From a bacterium (GTDB taxonomy: Bacteria > Auribacterota > Erginobacteria > Erginobacterales > DAOSXE01), in assembly GCA_035380285.1 (NCBI GenBank), contig DAOSXE010000008.1, positions 17,217 through 81,216 of the forward strand: a stretch of DNA of 64,000 bases. Direction: 5' to 3'. Shown here piece after piece: positions 60,277-64,000 of the stretch. How positions within the stretch are numbered: position 1 is the stretch's first letter; each line of letters begins with the position of its first letter. The position numbers were made by a program, and so were the translations under genes. The notes beneath the pieces were generated by a model. The model was not told where the DNA came from. It worked only from the letters and a program-made list of their open reading frames with translations, and ran no database searches.

Positions 60277-62667
60277 GTGGGCCGGAGGGAACTCCTGGGG
60301 GCGGCGCTTCTCTTGGGAGGGGCCTTGCTCCTTCTTTACGGGGACGTTTTCTTCTCCTCCGTCCGCTTGCTTTCCAGCGTGGACGGGGATGTTTCCCGTC
60401 TTTACTACTATTGGAGATCGTTCGGATTCGGGTTGTTGCGGAAAGGGGTTCTCCCCCTCTGGAACCCGGCCGTTCTCTGCGGGGTCCCCTTCGCCGCCTA
60501 CCCCGAGACCTCGATTTTTTACCCCCCCAACCTGATCTTTCTGCTGGTCCCGGTCTCGGTCGGGATCAACATCTCCCTGGTGGGGCATCTCTTCGCCGCC
60601 GGGATCTTCCAATACCTGTTTCTCCGGCGCCTCCGGCTGGGTCCGCCGGCGGCCTTGGGCGCGGCGTCGATCCTGACCTTCAGCGCCCCCCTGGTGCTGC
60701 ACCTGTACGCCGGGCATCTTTCCAACATCTGTACCATGGCCTGGATCCCGCTCTGGTTCTTTCTGGCCGAACTGGTACTGGGGACGCGCGGTCCCGCCGC
60801 CCCGGTTCTGCTGGGCGGCGCCTTGGGCATGGCGATCTTTGCCGGGCACTGGCAGTACGTGTTCTACGGCGGCCTCTGGCTCGGGTTGTACCTGCTGGCC
60901 CGGCTGGCCGTTCTCGGGGGCGCCGGGGCCGCGGGGCGGGTGGGGAAACTGGTTTTCGCGGCCGGCCTGGGCGCGGCCCTGGGGGCCGTCCAGTGGATTC
61001 CGGCCCTGGAACTGTCCCGGGATTCCTTCCGCGCCGGGCTCGGTTACGACTGGGCGGCCGCTTTCTCGCTTCCCCCCATCAACCTGGTTACGCTCCTCTT
61101 CCCCGGGTTTCTCGGCGACGGCGTCGGCGCGATGTACTGGGGGCGGAACCTGTATTGGGAGATGTGCGCGTTTTGCGGAATCTCGACGCTGGGGTTCGTC
61201 GGGTTGGGGTTGTGCGGCCCCCGGCGTCGGCCGGCCGTGCTGTTCCTGGTGCTGGCGCTGCTGGCTTTGCTCCTTTCCTTGGGGGGCTATACCCCCCTGC
61301 TCAAGCTCCTGTACGATCATGTGCCCGGCTTCGACCTGGTCCGGGGCAGCGCCAAGGCGCTGTTCATGGCGGTCTTTTTCCTCTCCGCCGCGGCCGCGGT
61401 CGGCATCGAGGCGTTGGGCCGGGATCTTACCCGGCTCCGCCGGGCGGCGGGGTTGTCCCTGATCGCCCTGGCGCTTCTCCCCGCGCTGGCCTCGGTTTCC
61501 TCGCCCCCGCGGCCGTGGAAAAACCTGGTCAGGGAAGAACTGGGCCGCGGCCGGCATAACGAATTCATGCCCCCCGGGTTCCCGGTCTGGTGGCGGGAAC
61601 TGGCGAGGGAGACTCCGCCGGAGCGGTGGACGGAGTACGTGGGGGTGCTGGCCGCCCACCCCATGTTCCTGGGGCCGGCCTGGAGCCTGGCCCGAACGGA
61701 TTTTCTCCGAGCGGCGCTGGTTTTGGCCGGATTCGGCATCCTCCTGGGGCTGCGTGGATGGTGGGCGCGTCCGGCGGCCGTGGGCCTGGTTCTGCTGGAA
61801 CTTCTCAGCTGGGCGGCGGGTTTCGTCACCGATTTCGATTCCCGCCGCTGCGGTTGGGAGAGGGGGCTTGAGGGCTTTTTTCGGGACCGGGGCCGGGAGG
61901 GGCGGTACATCAGCTTCGACCCCTCCGACTATAACCGGGGGATGCTGGGGGACGCGGCCTGCCTGACCGGATCCCAGGCCGATGCTCCGCTGCGGACGTT
62001 GCGCTACCTGGCCGCCGGAGAATTCGGCGACCCCGAACGTTTCGACCTGGTGGTGGATGTGACCCGGTCATCTCCGCTCTTCGCCTTGGCGGGGCTTCGC
62101 TTTTACGTGACGCCCGGTGATATGGACGTGCCCTATCCCGGTTTCCGGCGGGTCGCCCGGGGGGGCGATAAAGCCGTCTGGGAAGGGGCCGCGTGGGACC
62201 GCTGCATCGTCTCCTCCGCTTGCGCGTTCGTCCCCGACGGGCGCTCCCTCCTGAACCGGCTGGCCTCCCCGGGCTACGACCCGCGCCGGGAAATTCTGCT
62301 GGAAGACCCTCCTCCCGCCTGGTTCGCGGCCGGTCCCGTTCCGGCCGGAAAAGTTCTCGGGGTCGAGGAAACCCCCAACCGGCTCCGGGTCCGGGTGGAG
62401 ATGAGCGGAAACGGAATTCTTCTGGTCAACGACTCCTGGGCGCGGGGCTGGTCCGCCCGGGTCGACGGTCGGGAAACGCCCGTCTATCGCGCGAATTATC
62501 TGATGCGGGCGGTCTTTCTCCCTCCCGGCGCCCATGACGTGTATTTTTCCTACCGCCCCGCTTCCTTCGCGCTCGGGGCCGCGCTCACCGTCGCCGGCGC
62601 CCTTTTGCTGGTGGGAGTGCTCGCGGTATCTTGCCTAAGGGGAAGCGGGGGGGGCAAGCACGTTTGA
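60277..62667 (+). CDS. YfhO-family GT-C membrane glycosyltransferase (second copy)
   Basis: GTG 60277. Polytopic N-terminus and C-terminal hallmark ILLVNDSWARGWSARVDGRETPVYRANYLMRAVFLPPGAHDVYFSYRP plus a terminal TM helix. The ORF from 60049 is an extension. Confidence 0.65.
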   Translation: MGRRELLGAALLLGGALLLLYGDVFFSSVRLLSSVDGDVSRLYYYWRSFGFGLLRKGVLPLWNPAVLCGVPFAAYPETSIFYPPNLIFLLVPVSVGINISLVGHLFAAGIFQYLFLRRLRLGPPAALGAASILTFSAPLVLHLYAGHLSNICTMAWIPLWFFLAELVLGTRGPAAPVLLGGALGMAIFAGHWQYVFYGGLWLGLYLLARLAVLGGAGAAGRVGKLVFAAGLGAALGAVQWIPALELSRDSFRAGLGYDWAAAFSLPPINLVTLLFPGFLGDGVGAMYWGRNLYWEMCAFCGISTLGFVGLGLCGPRRRPAVLFLVLALLALLLSLGGYTPLLKLLYDHVPGFDLVRGSAKALFMAVFFLSAAAAVGIEALGRDLTRLRRAAGLSLIALALLPALASVSSPPRPWKNLVREELGRGRHNEFMPPGFPVWWRELARETPPERWTEYVGVLAAHPMFLGPAWSLARTDFLRAALVLAGFGILLGLRGWWARPAAVGLVLLELLSWAAGFVTDFDSRRCGWERGLEGFFRDRGREGRYISFDPSDYNRGMLGDAACLTGSQADAPLRTLRYLAAGEFGDPERFDLVVDVTRSSPLFALAGLRFYVTPGDMDVPYPGFRRVARGGDKAVWEGAAWDRCIVSSACAFVPDGRSLLNRLASPGYDPRREILLEDPPPAWFAAGPVPAGKVLGVEETPNRLRVRVEMSGNGILLVNDSWARGWSARVDGRETPVYRANYLMRAVFLPPGAHDVYFSYRPASFALGAALTVAGALLLVGVLAVSCLRGSGGGKHV

Positions 62668-63684
62668 GGGCGGACCGCCCGGGTGGGTCCGCAGGTAATC
62701 GGCGACGATCCGGGCCACGGCTCCGTTCCCGAAGGCGGTGGGGTGGGCGGAGTCGTAATGGAAGGCGGGGTAGGGGGTCAGATCGGGATAATCCGCCTTC
62801 AGCCGGTCCAGGAGGTTGATGAAGGGAAGGCGGTTCTCCTCGCAGGGCACGGTCACCACGCGGTAGTTTTTTTCGTACTCGGAAAAGCGTTCCTTGCCCT
62901 CGAACTTGGGAAAAATCAGCACCAGGGGCTCGAAGCCGAAGCGGTCGGCGAGTTTTTTGAATTCGGCCAGCCCCTGGGACACGAAATCCCCCTCGTAGTA
63001 GTATTCCTCCATCGACTTGCGGACGTCCTCTTCGTCCGGGTCGAGGGCCTTGAGCCGGACGGCGCAGAAGAGAAACAGCTTGCTCTTGGCCAGGATCCGC
63101 GCCAGGGGCTGGGTGAGCATATAGACCAGCCGATGGTTCCTGACCAGGGCGCCCCGGAAGCGCATATCCAACTCCGATTTATTCCGGTGGTCGTTGAAGC
63201 AGTACTGCAGGATCACCACGTCGGGGTGGTAGGCCAGCCCCTTTTCCTTGAGCAGTTCCACCTCGTTGATGGTGTTGTAGCCCAACACCCCGAAATTGAG
63301 GACTTCCCAACTGCGCCCGCGGACGTTTTCCCGGTTGAGCAGTTCTTCGAGCTGGCTGCAGTACGTTTCGTCGTCTTCGAGAAAAACCCCCATGGTGACT
63401 GAGTCGCCGATGCAGATGACCCGGAGCGTCCGCGGGGGCCGGGCGTCCGGCCCGCGGACCCGTCCGCGGTAGCCGGCCGGGTTGATCTCGATCGCCGTCT
63501 TCCGGTAGTAGCTGACCCCGCCGGGCTTGAGGGTGTAGCGCAGCTTCGGGTTGGTGGAAAAAACGATCCCGCTGGAGGAGATCTCGGCGGTGTCGGGCGC
63601 CAGGCCCAGAACCCGGACCGTGACCTCGAGCAGCAGCAGCGCGAAGACGACGGCTCCGGCCAGAACCATGAGGTTTTTTTTCAT
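62635..63684 (-). CDS. SGNH/GDSL-type hydrolase family protein with N-terminal TM anchor (paralog)
   Basis: MKKNLMVLAGAVVFALLLL; LRVICIGDSVTMG (block I); VLNFGVLGYN; 33-nt convergent overlap with the YfhO gene. Confidence 0.7.
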   Translation of the reverse strand: MKKNLMVLAGAVVFALLLLEVTVRVLGLAPDTAEISSSGIVFSTNPKLRYTLKPGGVSYYRKTAIEINPAGYRGRVRGPDARPPRTLRVICIGDSVTMGVFLEDDETYCSQLEELLNRENVRGRSWEVLNFGVLGYNTINEVELLKEKGLAYHPDVVILQYCFNDHRNKSELDMRFRGALVRNHRLVYMLTQPLARILAKSKLFLFCAVRLKALDPDEEDVRKSMEEYYYEGDFVSQGLAEFKKLADRFGFEPLVLIFPKFEGKERFSEYEKNYRVVTVPCEENRLPFINLLDRLKADYPDLTPYPAFHYDSAHPTAFGNGAVARIVADYLRTHPGGPPSNVLAPPASP

Positions 63685-63792
63685 CTCGTTGCGCTCGTGT
63701 CGTTGAATCGGCCTTCACGTTCTACCACAGTTTTCCGGGCCACCCTACTCGAAAACCGTCTACTCCCGCACAGTGCGTGGTTCCCGTCTGTT

Positions 63793-63822
63793 TTGACAAG
63801 ACCTCCGCGCGCTTTATACAAT
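63793..63822 (+). promoter_or_regulatory. canonical sigma70-type promoter TTGACA-N18-TACAAT
   Basis: Perfect -35 TTGACA (63793-63798), 18-bp spacer, TACAAT (63817-63822); about 38 nt upstream of the ATG at 63861 with SD gggagg. Confidence 0.5.
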
Positions 63823-63860
63823 AAGTCCGTGCCCCGTCACTTTAGGCCCGGGAGGAACCA

Positions 63861-64000
63861 TGGATCAGGATCGGCATTCGCTGGAGGAGGCCATCAGGGA
63901 TATCCGCCTGGAAGAATCCGGGGGGAGACCGCCTCGGACTTCTCCGGCGGCGCTGGCCGAATCCTTGAGCGGCCTCGACGAGGCCCGGAAAACGGAGACG
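63861..64000 (+). CDS. hypothetical protein, N-terminal 46 codons (runs off the window end)
   Basis: ATG with strong SD cccgggaggaacc and an upstream canonical promoter; open frame to the window end (MDQDRHSLEEAIRDIRLEESGG...). It is not in the ORF track because it has no stop. Confidence 0.4.

Noticed and set aside
1-64000. Mobile genetic element or horizontally acquired island borders (transposase, integrase, tRNA-adjacent attachment site)
   Set aside because: No transposase- or integrase-like ORF, no tRNA, no direct repeats bracketing the region. GC content and codon style look uniform across all genes except the short intergenic AT-rich patches.

Overview
This is a very GC-rich (roughly 68-70% by eye) bacterial chromosomal segment with dense, mostly co-directional genes. 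Many stop/start junctions overlap by 4 nt (ATGA/GTGA), which marks long translationally coupled operons. Almost the whole 64 kb looks like one cell-envelope glycan / glycosylation island.

Gene content:
- A WecE/WecD pair (dTDP-4-amino-4,6-dideoxygalactose transaminase and acetyltransferase) coupled to a GT2 polyprenyl-phosphate-sugar synthase.
- Three more GT2 and two GT4 glycosyltransferases.
- An unusually large number (at least 7-9) of big polytopic GT-C-type membrane proteins: ArnT/PMT-like, two YfhO-family, and a TMTC-like TPR-containing one.
- A UbiA-like/NPP-phosphodiesterase fusion.
- Two radical SAM enzymes (one SPASM-type, one B12-binding) with a methyltransferase and a flavodoxin-ferredoxin partner.
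- A hexapeptide acetyltransferase, an AlkP-superfamily sulfatase-like lipoprotein, and five SGNH/GDSL hydrolase paralogs.
- An SDR epimerase/dehydratase, a sugar-1-P nucleotidyltransferase, a PfkB sugar kinase, and purH.
- A family of secreted proteins built from about 45-aa FG-GAP/VCBS-like repeats (DYDGDG..D.AVFRP..G.W.VRG.TR.YFG...D.PVPGDY). These repeats sit either after an N-terminal beta-propeller-like domain or after an SGNH hydrolase, amidohydrolase+CBM, or S8 subtilase domain. They are usually preceded by Pro/Thr-rich linkers.

Non-coding structure:
- An AT-rich, repeat-laden 350-bp element in a convergent intergenic gap.
- Two clear rho-independent terminators.
- Several palindromes in promoter regions.
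- A recurring TG-n-TATAGTAT / GTATACTAT -10-like promoter motif.

No transposase, integrase, CRISPR, tRNA or rRNA was recognised.

Many long ORFs in the six-frame track are antisense shadows or in-frame upstream extensions typical of high-GC DNA. I trimmed or rejected these. All functional calls rest on motif and pattern recognition by eye, not on database searches.
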